Origin: an uncultured bacterium
Lineage (GTDB): Bacteria; Krumholzibacteriota; Krumholzibacteriia; Krumholzibacteriales; Krumholzibacteriaceae
Assembly (NCBI GenBank): GCA_964422745.1
Contig: CAYRCK010000010.1
Location: 11,136 to 75,135 of the forward strand
Direction: 5' to 3'
DNA length: 64,000 nucleotides
Part shown: piece after piece, positions 1 through 9,100 of the stretch
Layout: each line of letters opens with the position of its first letter
Position numbering within the stretch: the first letter of the stretch is position 1
Program-made: the position numbers and the translations under genes
The notes under the pieces: generated by a model
Told to the model about the DNA's origin: nothing
Seen by the model: the letters and a program-made list of their open reading frames with translations, nothing else
Databases searched by the model: none

Positions 1-324
1 GAGGTTGAACGGGAAATAGACCGTCTCGCCGCCGAAGGCCCCGCGCAACATGGAGGGTGAATCCGTGGTCCCGTCGGGCTCGAGACCCGGTCCGTAGACG
101 GGAAGCACATCAAGCGTTATCTCGTTGGATGCCGCCGTGAAAGTCGAGTTGTCCGCCTCGTACGTTGCGGTCGATATGCTGGAGATGGAAGAACCGGCCG
201 GGGGGATATCTCCATATGCGGCCGCGGGGAATGACAGCATGCGCATGAAAATACAGACGAAGAGGAGGTGGCCTCTCCTGTGGGGCCGCAGCCCGAATAG
301 CCTCTTTTGTTCGCTTCTCCTCAC
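1..324 (-). CDS. 5' part of a secreted DUF11-cluster surface protein, paralog of 559..3261 (runs off the window edge)
   Basis: Hand translation from GTG at 324: VRRSEQKRLFGLRPHRRGHLLFVCIFMRMLSFPAAAYGDIPPAGSSISSISTATYEADNSTFTAASNEITLDVLPVYGPGLEPDG...GETVYFPFNL. It aligns with the N-terminus of the 900-aa protein (TPAGTTIRNQASATF...SNEVTTIVLPVYGVSIIPD...GQTVYYSYDL). Not in the ORF track. Confidence 0.85.
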   Translation of the reverse strand, partial: MRRSEQKRLFGLRPHRRGHLLFVCIFMRMLSFPAAAYGDIPPAGSSISSISTATYEADNSTFTAASNEITLDVLPVYGPGLEPDGTTDSPSMLRGAFGGETVYFPFNL

Positions 325-442
325 GGCGCCGCCTCGCCGGCTCGATCGATCACAGCCTGTACAGTAGTGTATTCATAACATATTTCATATCAAGCGATTA
401 ACTCGTCGAGTCCTGTCACTGAACGTCCCAACCCCTAAATAC

Positions 443-486
443 TGATTTAGAGGCGGACCACCGACATGATGATCGCCTCTAAATCA
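443..486. repeat. Perfect 13-bp inverted repeat (TGATTTAGAGGCG-N18-CGCCTCTAAATCA)
   Basis: Arms at 443-455 and 474-486, read directly. Confidence 0.85.
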
Positions 487-504
487 CTATGAAAAAATGA
501 CATT

Positions 505-534
505 CGGTGGGGCGGTTCATATCCCGCCCCACCG
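505..534 (-). terminator. Intrinsic terminator-like hairpin after the 900-aa gene
   Basis: CGGTGGGGCGG/CCGCCCCACCG 11-bp stem, followed shortly on the minus strand by TTTTTT. Confidence 0.7.
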
Positions 535-558
535 CGTAACCATACGGATCCTCCCGCC

Positions 559-3261
559 CTACTCGGCGACGATCCGTGCTATAAAGGTTATTCCATCGGC
601 AGTGCCGTCACCTCCGGCTATCCTGCCGCTGAGCGTCCAACGTATGTTCGTCACGTTCGCATCGAAGTTCACGGGCGCTCCACCGCCTCCGCTGACGGGC
701 GCATAGGTCCAGGTCGCCCCTCCGTCATCGGAGAAATCGATGGTTATCCCTGTTATCCCCGTTGCGAGTGTCCCGTTCGCAGCGGAACCTACGCGGTACT
801 GGGTCCAAGCCGGCATGGCGTCGTATATCACGATCGTCGAGAGCGTATCCGTGCCGACATTCGAATAATCCGTCCTGTAGGTGAGCTCCGTGCCGGGAAG
901 CTGATCGCCCGAAGGGGTGACCGACTTGACGAGCACCATGTTGCCGGCGACAACGGTCGTGACATCTATCGCGCTGTCGTTAGCGCCCGTCGCGTTACCG
1001 GTAGCGGTGATTGTACCCGTTTCGATCGTTCCAACCGGGGTCGCCGGCGGGATCTCCACCCTCACGATGATATCCTCCGAAGCGCCCACTACGAGCGTCA
1101 CCGACACTATCGGATTGCTCGATAGATCGTAGAATGAGTACAGCCATCCGTTCGAGCTAACAACGCTGAGCATGAAAGTATCGTCGATATTGCCGGTGTT
1201 CGTGACGGTGTGCTGGTACAGAACCGTACCGCCTGCGGTACCGGTCCCGCTCCTGTCAGGCACAATCGTCACGGCACCCGTTGTGTTCACCGTCACCGTG
1301 TTCGCTATCTCGTCGAACACCGCCGGGTTGTTCGCCGATGTCGCCCTTGGTGTAACAGCGTAAACGCCCGGGACCTCTCCCGCCGGGACCGCTACGCGCG
1401 CTATCACGTGCACCTCTCCCCCGCCTGCCACGGGCCCGATATTGGCTATCGGGGTGAGCTCCGGCACGTCGAGCAGGCCGTTACCGTTGGCATCTTCGTA
1501 GAAGGTAACAACCCATCCAGCCGGGAATGTGCAGGAGAGAGAGAAGTTATCGACGGACCCGCTCGTGTTGATGACATCCAGCGGGAAGTCCACATCGAGA
1601 CCGGGATCGGTGTTTATGTTGGCCGGATTGTTATCGGTGCCCGCCACTCCGTCGTAGTTACCAATGTCGACGGAAGATGGATTCACCTGTGTTATCTCGT
1701 CCGTCGTGAGGTTGCTCACGGTCGGATCATTGGCCGATACGGCTTCGATCACGGCGTTGTAAGGTCCGCCGCCCGCCTCGCTGCCCGGAATAGTGATCCT
1801 GACGATGAAGTTCCCGGTGTCTCCGGAGTTGACCGTTCCGACGTCCGGAATGCCGTCGCCGCCCGAATCGGAAAGAGGTGTTACGCCGTCGCTGCGGAAG
1901 AACTGCACACTCCATGCGGCCGGGATCGTCGATGCGGCGTTCAGCGTGATGTTGATCTCGTCGGCGGCGTTGCCGTCATTTCTTACCGTATTGATGAAAT
2001 CCACGCTTGAATTTGCGTAAGCCAGGGCTATGGCCTGAACATCGTCATCGTAGTTAGGCGGTGTTCCCGCGCCGGGATTGCCGTCGGGACCGACAAGAAG
2101 ATCCGCCGTGATATTCACGTTGATCTGCGTGTTGTTCGTCGTGACGATCGTGGGATCAGGCGTGGCAACGTTGTTGTCTATGTACGCGACCGCGCCGTTG
2201 TTGCTGATGATCCCGGCGGGCATGCCGGCCGGAACCGTAAGATCATATGTAAAGCTGTAGTTCTGGGCGACAACGAGATCGCCGTTTGTGATGTAGGCCA
2301 CAGCTATGTCACCGGCGGCCGCAGACGTCGACCACGCCCATGTCTCCGGAGAGCCCGCGGTCGAGCTTCCCGTAGGCAGGTACAGGACCGTACCGCCGGC
2401 GGGAGCCCCGGCGGGAACACCCGAAATGGCCAGAGGATCGCCGGTCGAAGGATCCGTGGGAAGCACGTCGTACATAAGGACCCCGGTGAGCGTCAGCGGG
2501 ACGATCGTGACACCATGCGCGTCGTCGTTTCCGACGTTGGCGCCGCTTATCGTGTAGGTCACATCGTTGCCCGGATCTATATTCGCAGGGATCCCCGACA
2601 TCGAGGCCGTTATGGTGGCATCGCTGACCGCCGTGGTCAGGTGGTAGTTACGCGTGTCGATCTGTGCCGCGTCGCCGTTCGAGGTGGCCTGGACACCGAC
2701 GTACGCAACCTCACCGGCCGTCGCCCCCGTAGGAACCTGATAGGAGACGAGCAGGTTAACCGTCGTTCCGGCGCTGATAGGACCGAGCGGACCCGGCACA
2801 CCGCCGGATGATACAGCAGGTTCCCCTCCGTCGAGCACGCCGTTCCCGTTGAGATCGTGATAGACCGTGATGTCGCCTATGCCGATCGTCATGTTCGTGC
2901 TAGCGGCGTCGAGCAGCGGAACGATAGAGTATGTGTCGCCGTCGTTTCCGGTGTTGGTAAGATCGTAGCTGTAATAAACCGTTTGCCCGGGTATCGCATT
3001 CTGACTCATCGCCGGAACCACTGGCGGTGTCTCTCCCGAATCGTCCGGGATTATTGATACCCCGTATACGGGCAGCACGATAGTGGTGACCTCGTTCGAG
3101 GTCGTTGAATAGGTATTGCCGATAAGGTCCTCGAACGTGGCCGAGGCCTGGTTGCGTATCGTCGTTCCCGCGGGTGTCTGGGCTTGAACAGCCTCCGCAA
3201 CGAACAGCGCCGCAACAATCAGAACCGGCATTACCAGCCCTCTGTACCTTCGCAGCGTCAT
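559..3261 (-). CDS. Secreted 900-aa Ig-like repeat / DUF11 (conserved repeat domain) surface protein
   Basis: Sec signal (…AEAVQA/QT). Repeated 'Y/F.(h)TV.N.GN..D' beta modules. C-terminal DUF11-type unit LVKSV..PGTELTYRTDYSNVG..IYDAMP. DxDxDG Ca-binding-like motifs (DLNGNGVLD, DANGNGLLD). Very poor in K/R. Confidence 0.8.
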   Translation of the reverse strand: MTLRRYRGLVMPVLIVAALFVAEAVQAQTPAGTTIRNQASATFEDLIGNTYSTTSNEVTTIVLPVYGVSIIPDDSGETPPVVPAMSQNAIPGQTVYYSYDLTNTGNDGDTYSIVPLLDAASTNMTIGIGDITVYHDLNGNGVLDGGEPAVSSGGVPGPLGPISAGTTVNLLVSYQVPTGATAGEVAYVGVQATSNGDAAQIDTRNYHLTTAVSDATITASMSGIPANIDPGNDVTYTISGANVGNDDAHGVTIVPLTLTGVLMYDVLPTDPSTGDPLAISGVPAGAPAGGTVLYLPTGSSTAGSPETWAWSTSAAAGDIAVAYITNGDLVVAQNYSFTYDLTVPAGMPAGIISNNGAVAYIDNNVATPDPTIVTTNNTQINVNITADLLVGPDGNPGAGTPPNYDDDVQAIALAYANSSVDFINTVRNDGNAADEINITLNAASTIPAAWSVQFFRSDGVTPLSDSGGDGIPDVGTVNSGDTGNFIVRITIPGSEAGGGPYNAVIEAVSANDPTVSNLTTDEITQVNPSSVDIGNYDGVAGTDNNPANINTDPGLDVDFPLDVINTSGSVDNFSLSCTFPAGWVVTFYEDANGNGLLDVPELTPIANIGPVAGGGEVHVIARVAVPAGEVPGVYAVTPRATSANNPAVFDEIANTVTVNTTGAVTIVPDRSGTGTAGGTVLYQHTVTNTGNIDDTFMLSVVSSNGWLYSFYDLSSNPIVSVTLVVGASEDIIVRVEIPPATPVGTIETGTITATGNATGANDSAIDVTTVVAGNMVLVKSVTPSGDQLPGTELTYRTDYSNVGTDTLSTIVIYDAMPAWTQYRVGSAANGTLATGITGITIDFSDDGGATWTYAPVSGGGGAPVNFDANVTNIRWTLSGRIAGGDGTADGITFIARIVAE

Positions 3262-3363
3262 AAATGACCACCGTCCTTCTCTATCTCTCTACCGAGAGAT
3301 TCAATGTTTATCGCTTGAATCCCGGAACAGGAACCCAAACCTTTACTCCGGGAGCCCTAACGT

Positions 3364-3858
3364 CTAGCGTACCTGCACGCGATAAGAGACCACCAGCTCC
3401 TGCCCCACGTCCAGGACAGTGTCAACACGCCACCTGACATGAGTGATCATATCCGGCGTCGCCTCCTTGACTTCCTCCTCGCCATCCTCGTTCACGACGA
3501 CGTATGTGACAGGCGCTTCCATGTAGCTCTCCCCGCCGTCGATGCTGAAGACCGGATGCATCCCCTTTGCTGCGGTAGCGGTCTCATCAAGGTAAACCGT
3601 ACCTTCGGGTATAGGCCCCGTTAGGTTGATACCCGAGGCCGCGGCATTGCCGGAGTTGCTGTACACCAGGCGGTATTCGAGCACGTCACTCGGATACACC
3701 TTCTCCGCGGACACCGCGATTTCGCGGTTGTTCTCGTCCAACACTATCTTTAGCGCTTCCATCTGACCCTCGAGGCTCGGGCTCTGCCCAAAAGCTGGGG
3801 CGGCGGCCAGAACCGCGGTGAGAACAAGAGCAACCAGCGAGAGGCTCCTTCTCATCAA
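3364..3858 (-). CDS. Small secreted single-DUF11-domain protein
   Basis: Signal peptide (…AAPAFG/Q); PSDVLEYRLVYSNSG..GPIPEGTVY..FSIDGG..THVRW; AGGAGG RBS upstream. Confidence 0.8.
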   Translation of the reverse strand: MMRRSLSLVALVLTAVLAAAPAFGQSPSLEGQMEALKIVLDENNREIAVSAEKVYPSDVLEYRLVYSNSGNAAASGINLTGPIPEGTVYLDETATAAKGMHPVFSIDGGESYMEAPVTYVVVNEDGEEEVKEATPDMITHVRWRVDTVLDVGQELVVSYRVQVR

Positions 3859-4016
3859 ACTACCCTCCTTTTCTCCTTCTCCGGATAGACGATGCCTTCC
3901 AATGCTGATCCAGTTTCACTTGTGGAGAAATAGGTGAATACACACGGGCGGCCCCGATACGGGAACGCCCAGAATCTCCTTCGAGGCGGGCTAACGGGCA
4001 AGGTGTATTCCAACAG

Positions 4017-4032
4017 TGGGACTTACGTCACA
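4017..4032. promoter_or_regulatory. CRP/FNR-family-like site upstream of the DUF11 operon
   Basis: TGGGA-CTTACG-TCACA, one mismatch to TGTGA-N6-TCACA. Confidence 0.35.
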
Positions 4033-4303
4033 TTCCCGGCCTGAGGCGGCCGTGTAGCGCATGGGGCTTTAGTCCCCAATCAATTTCATATCAATTAGTT
4101 ACAATTGCTGCGGCCGGAAGGGATAATGGGTAATTAACGGAAACGAGAGGGAATCAGAAGGAACAATCCGACACGAATGAACCTCTGCTCGATGGGACTT
4201 TGGTCTTTCTCAATGCAATCAATTCGCAAAATGCAAGGGGCCCCGGCGGCGGGAGCAGCCACCGGTCGATAAGCAGAAATGAGGCGTTCGCCTCCATATA
4301 TAA

Positions 4304-4328
4304 TAACAGCCCCCTGTGAGGGCTGTTA
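4304..4328. terminator. Intrinsic terminator hairpin
   Basis: TAACAGCCC-N7-GGGCTGTTA with A/T-rich flanks, downstream of the small lipoprotein gene. Confidence 0.65.
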
Positions 4329-4386
4329 AAAAAGATGGAAGCCGGTTTCAGGGCGGACATTGCCCCGGCACATCGTCGTCGAGCCG

Positions 4387-4551
4387 CTATGTCGTATCAT
4401 GTCTCGCTGGGCGTTCAATCTCGATCTTTTCCTTGGTCACGTCCTCCTGACCACTGTCGACGCCCTCATCGGACTTCTTCGAATCGCCGCCCGAACAGCC
4501 CAGCGAAACCACGAAGAGAAGCGCCAGGCAAAACATGGTTAATCTCTGCAT
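4387..4551 (-). CDS. 54-aa lipoprotein (below the ORF-track length cutoff)
   Basis: MQRLTMFCLALLFVVSLGCSGGDSKKSDEGVDSGQEDVTKEKIEIERPARHDTT*; lipobox SLGC; GGAGG RBS before the ATG; terminator downstream. Confidence 0.75.
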   Translation of the reverse strand: MQRLTMFCLALLFVVSLGCSGGDSKKSDEGVDSGQEDVTKEKIEIERPARHDTT

Positions 4552-4882
4552 TCAAATTACCTCCGGAAAACGATATTTCCAAATAGCGGGTAATCCTCCA
4601 CATATCCACGACAAGAGAAAATAGCAGATTTGCCGATTCCGGTCAAGAATGTACGCACGATTCCGGTAAGGATACACCGCCCGAACGTTCTGGCACTGGC
4701 TCAGTTAAATGTAAAAGATTCAACAAATCATCCGAATAGTATAGTATCATCCCAGGGCGTCCGGCTCGGATGCACCGCAAGGACGGCCGATGCCGTGACC
4801 GCCCGATGTTGTCACATTGCCCCTATCGATCTCCACGGATCCCGGAAGAACGGTGGAGACTCGAACCGAGAAAGGAACCGGA

Positions 4883-6049
4883 ATGAGCGCTAAGGTAAAA
4901 AAGAAAGGTGGTACAAAGGCCAAGGATGCGGCGGGGCGCACCTCGAAGCCCGGGATCAAACGAATCGGGATTCTGACCGGCGGGGGAGACTGCCCCGGGC
5001 TGAACGCCGTCATCCGGGGGATCGTACGCGCGGCGATCCTCGAGCATGGCTGGGAGGTGTACGGGATACTCGACGGCTTCGACGGCCTTCTCTCCGGTGG
5101 CTCCTACAGACAGCTCAGATCGCACGATGTCCGTGGCCTTCAGACCCGCGGTGGCACGATCCTCGGCACATCCAACAGAGGCAATCCACTGAACTACCCG
5201 GTCTTAAGAGGCGGCAAGACGGTCTTCATGGATGTCACAGGAGATATAGTAAGGAACATCAAGAAAATGAAGATAGACGTCCTCGTGGCCGTGGGCGGCG
5301 ACGGGACGATGAAGATCACGCAGGCCGTGTTCGAGAAGGGAGTACCGGTCATCGGCGTGCCCAAGACGATCGATAACGACCTCGAGGCGACCGACGTAAC
5401 GTTCGGATTCAACAGCGCGGTGGCCTGCGCAACGAACGCCCTGGACAAGCTCCATACGACAGCCGAGAGCCACCACCGGGTTCTGGTGCTCGAAGTAATG
5501 GGGCGCGACTGCGGCTGGATAGCGCTCGAATCCGGCATAGCGGGCGGCGCGGATGTGATACTCATACCCGAGATACCCTTCGACCTGGGAGCCATCTGCG
5601 ACCATATTACCGCGCGCAAGAGGCGCGGCAGCAGATTCTCCATCGCGGTGGTCGCCGAGGGAGCCTATCCCGCCGGCGGCGGCAAGATATACGAGCGGGA
5701 GCCCTCCGACGACGGAGTGCCGGGCCGTCTAGGCGGTATCGGCAAGTGGGTGGGGGACAAGATATCGCTGTGCACGAGGATCGAGACACGGGTCGCGGTC
5801 CTGGGCCACCTTCAGAGGGGCGGGACACCGACGACATACGACAGGGTGCTCGCGACGAGATTCGGGGTGGAGGCGGTCAACCTGATTGCCGCGGGAAAGT
5901 TCGGACACATGGCATGCCTGAAGGGTAGGAGCATCAAGTCGACCCCGATCAAAACGGCCGTAAAGAGGCTCAAGAGGGTCAACCCCGAAGGGCAGGTCGT
6001 GCATACGGCCGAGGCCCTGGGCATAACCCTGGGCAGGTCGAATAAATAG
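4883..6049 (+). CDS. pfkA: 6-phosphofructokinase (group III / mixed-substrate type, probably ATP-dependent)
   Basis: ILTGGGDCPGLN, GGTILGTSNR, GGDGT (Gly at the 104-equivalent), PKTIDND, EVMGR, LGHLQRGG. The ATG at 4883 is preferred over the ORF-track start at 4817. Confidence 0.93.
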   Translation: MSAKVKKKGGTKAKDAAGRTSKPGIKRIGILTGGGDCPGLNAVIRGIVRAAILEHGWEVYGILDGFDGLLSGGSYRQLRSHDVRGLQTRGGTILGTSNRGNPLNYPVLRGGKTVFMDVTGDIVRNIKKMKIDVLVAVGGDGTMKITQAVFEKGVPVIGVPKTIDNDLEATDVTFGFNSAVACATNALDKLHTTAESHHRVLVLEVMGRDCGWIALESGIAGGADVILIPEIPFDLGAICDHITARKRRGSRFSIAVVAEGAYPAGGGKIYEREPSDDGVPGRLGGIGKWVGDKISLCTRIETRVAVLGHLQRGGTPTTYDRVLATRFGVEAVNLIAAGKFGHMACLKGRSIKSTPIKTAVKRLKRVNPEGQVVHTAEALGITLGRSNK

Positions 6050-6135
6050 TGATAGGGAACACCAAGACCCGGACAGCATAGATCCGTCCGGCCGCCCTGA
6101 TTATCGCGGATCGTCCGACACCGGCCGGATCCATA

Positions 6136-9100
6136 TCAGCGCATGAGTATCATCTTCCTGGTCCCGGTGAAATCCCCGGCCCTCATCCTGTAGAAGTAGA
6201 TGCCGCTCGCAACATCCGAGCCGCTGTTGTTCTCACCCCTCCACGTCACCCTGTGAGGGCCCGCCTCCCTTACACCGTTTACCAGAGTCTTCACGAGCCT
6301 TCCCGTTACGTCGTACACCTTGAGCGTAACGTGCCCTCTCTCCTTCATCCCGAATCGGATCGTCGTCGCCGGGTTGAAGGGATTGGGGTAGTTCTGCGCG
6401 AGCCCGTACCTGTATACCGGAGGCGTCTCCTCATCGCCCGTGACCACGCTGTTCGTATCGCCGTCCATCCATCCGAGCACATCCTTCGCCACGATGTTTC
6501 GCATGATGGGTGAAGAGAGCTCGGCATCCTTCATCAGCATCAGGCTGAATCCGAACCACATCGTCCTTATCTCATACCCCCCGTCATTTATGCCCGTCGA
6601 GTATATGCCGGCGTAGTACGGAAGGGCCTCGTGGTCGGGGTAGGCGAGCGCATAATCACCACTGCCCGTTTTCTCCAGGCAGTCCAGATCCTCTACATAC
6701 GGACAGCCGCTTAAAACATAGAACGAATCCCCCCATGTCGTGTGCCATAGCGGGTTGTATACATCCTCGCATGCCTCAACGAGCGGGTTCATGACTCCGC
6801 CGGTGTACCGCCCGCCTGTCATATCGAAGTAGCTGCCGTGGACATAGCAAACTCCACACATAGTAGACGTCAGCTGCGTGGGACAGGCAGCCAAAGAGGC
6901 GTCGAGATCTCGTGCTATGTTGTCCCCGCAGACCCAAAGGCCCACATCATGCGGTGAGAAATCCATCCAAGCCACCAACGCCAGACAGTCGTTACCCTTG
7001 TCGCTGTGCGTGGTACCATCGCATATTGTGCAGACATCGAGGTCGCCGCTATCCCATATGATCGTGGAGTAGGCCGTTGTCAAATGATAGCACTTCGCCC
7101 TGCCACCGAGCCCGTTAGATACACAGGAGGACGCACCGTTCACGTCGTAGCGGTCCGGCTGAACGCTCAGAACGGCCTCCAGGGTCGGCGTCCAGTAGTC
7201 CTCGACAACGCCCCCGATGGAACCGCGGCCGCTGAAATCGTCCACGAAGAGCACATCGCTTGTGAAGGTAGGAAGGCATGTGAACTCGAACCACTCGTCG
7301 GGCCCCTGCGATAGCAAGTATCCCGCACCCGGACCTGATCCTCCCCTCGGCAGAGTCGTGACGTTGCCGTCCCTGTCCTGGGCCGAGAAGTAGTACTCGA
7401 TGATGTGCCCCCTCGTGAGCAGCGAGTCGTTTAGATCAACCATGTACTTTCCGGGTACCACACCCGAGGTACCTGCTCTGGCCGTATCGCACTGGATTAT
7501 GGCCTCACACGCCACCTCGTCGCATGCGACTATGTGGCCGTAGTCGCCCTCTAGATCCCAGCAGTTTATCGGTGTGGGGGCGGGCTCTGCCCCTATGTAG
7601 GTGCACTTTACGTGCATGTACACCAACGGGCCGAATGCGTCCTCGGCAATGCCCCTGCCCATGGGGGATTCACACGAGACGACTATCGAATCACCCGGAT
7701 CGATTATAGGATCACTCGAAGGCCGTATATCTCGCGCCATATCGGCGCGGACATAGCTGTCGAGTCCGAATTCCTCTTCGGGGAAGTTGTCCTGGAAGAG
7801 ATCTAAATCGCGATAGGTCCACAGCGGGCCCGTAGCCTCGTACCTTACTATCTCAACGTTGTCGAACCACGGGGACGGGGTGTGGGCCGCACAGTAACCG
7901 TACACACCGTACCACGTAGGACACATATCGATCACACCGAGTGCGACCTGGATCGAGTCAATGCCCCCCCCGCCCCAGTAGGGGCTTATATCCTGCTCGA
8001 AGAAGAGGTACTCCTTGAAATCGCCGTAATACACAAAATTGTTGTCTCTCCAGTGACACGGACAGCCGTCGTCTATGTCCCTGACCTTCCAATAGTAAAA
8101 CACGAGGTTTATCACCGGCAGATCACGGTACACGCTGAACCTGAGAAAGCTCCCGCCCAGGTCCTCAAAGGCGGAGGGCGCTATCATGAGATCCTGGATC
8201 TCGTCTCTGCCCGAAGAGTACATAGTCATGTCGATCGGGGGAGAGACAACCATCTCCTCCTGCCCGAAGCAGCCAATATCGGCGCCGTCCTTGCAGTACG
8301 GCGTTTCGTAGAGGCCCTCGTACTCGGTGCTGGCGTGGGGAGATCCCGCGAAGAACACGATCTGACGGGAGAGGTTGTCGTTGCATGGATCAGTCTCCTG
8401 GTACAGATTTTCCCAGATATCCGAGTACATCCCGTACGGCTCGGGGACGTCCGCGCGCCAGTATAACGTGTTGAGATCGCCGTCGGCCTCGAGAGCGCCA
8501 ACTGAAGCGCTCTCGAAGTCCTCGTAGTCGATCGTCCCCGTCTCATCCGAGATCCATATGCTGTCGACGATGCATGCGCCGTCAGTATTATACAACCCAT
8601 CCTCGTCGTTCCACGTGGAGGGTGATGTGAACCTGACCCTGAACTTCGTCCTGTACTGGGGCAGCGCCAGGACGTGGTTACCAATGATATCGTCCGTGCC
8701 GTCATATACGGCTATATTACGCCAGTCCAGGCCACCGGCATCGTACTCAACGTGAACCTCATCCCAATCCTCTTCCGTGTCTATCCGCATCTTGTACACT
8801 AGGTTCAACAATCCGTTGAAATAAAATGGATCGCTGACCAGCCATTGGTCCCAATAGCTCCCGTAGCCCGGAGGCGTAGACCAACCGCATGTAATTTCAT
8901 CCTCCGGCCTGGCACCGCACCAAGCCGACTGGGTACCCTCCAGGGGATAGAGGCGTCCGAAATCACCCCCGCCGAGGCCCGCGAAGTCATCTACGTGGAA
9001 GAAGGTATCTAATTGAGCGGTATTATCGACACGGGTCCACCCCTGCCAGTCGTTATACTCGAAATCGAAGCGCACGATGACGTACGTATCTACAGAAGCC

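Noticed and set aside
4040-4110. c-di-GMP-I (GEMM) riboswitch upstream of the DUF11 operon (minus strand …GAAA…GGGGACTAAAGCC…CTA…GCCGGG)
   Set aside because: Partial resemblance to GGGACGCAAAGCC only. There is no GGCAAA at the right place and the GAAA loop is not closed by a base pair. It would need an Infernal hit to RF01051.
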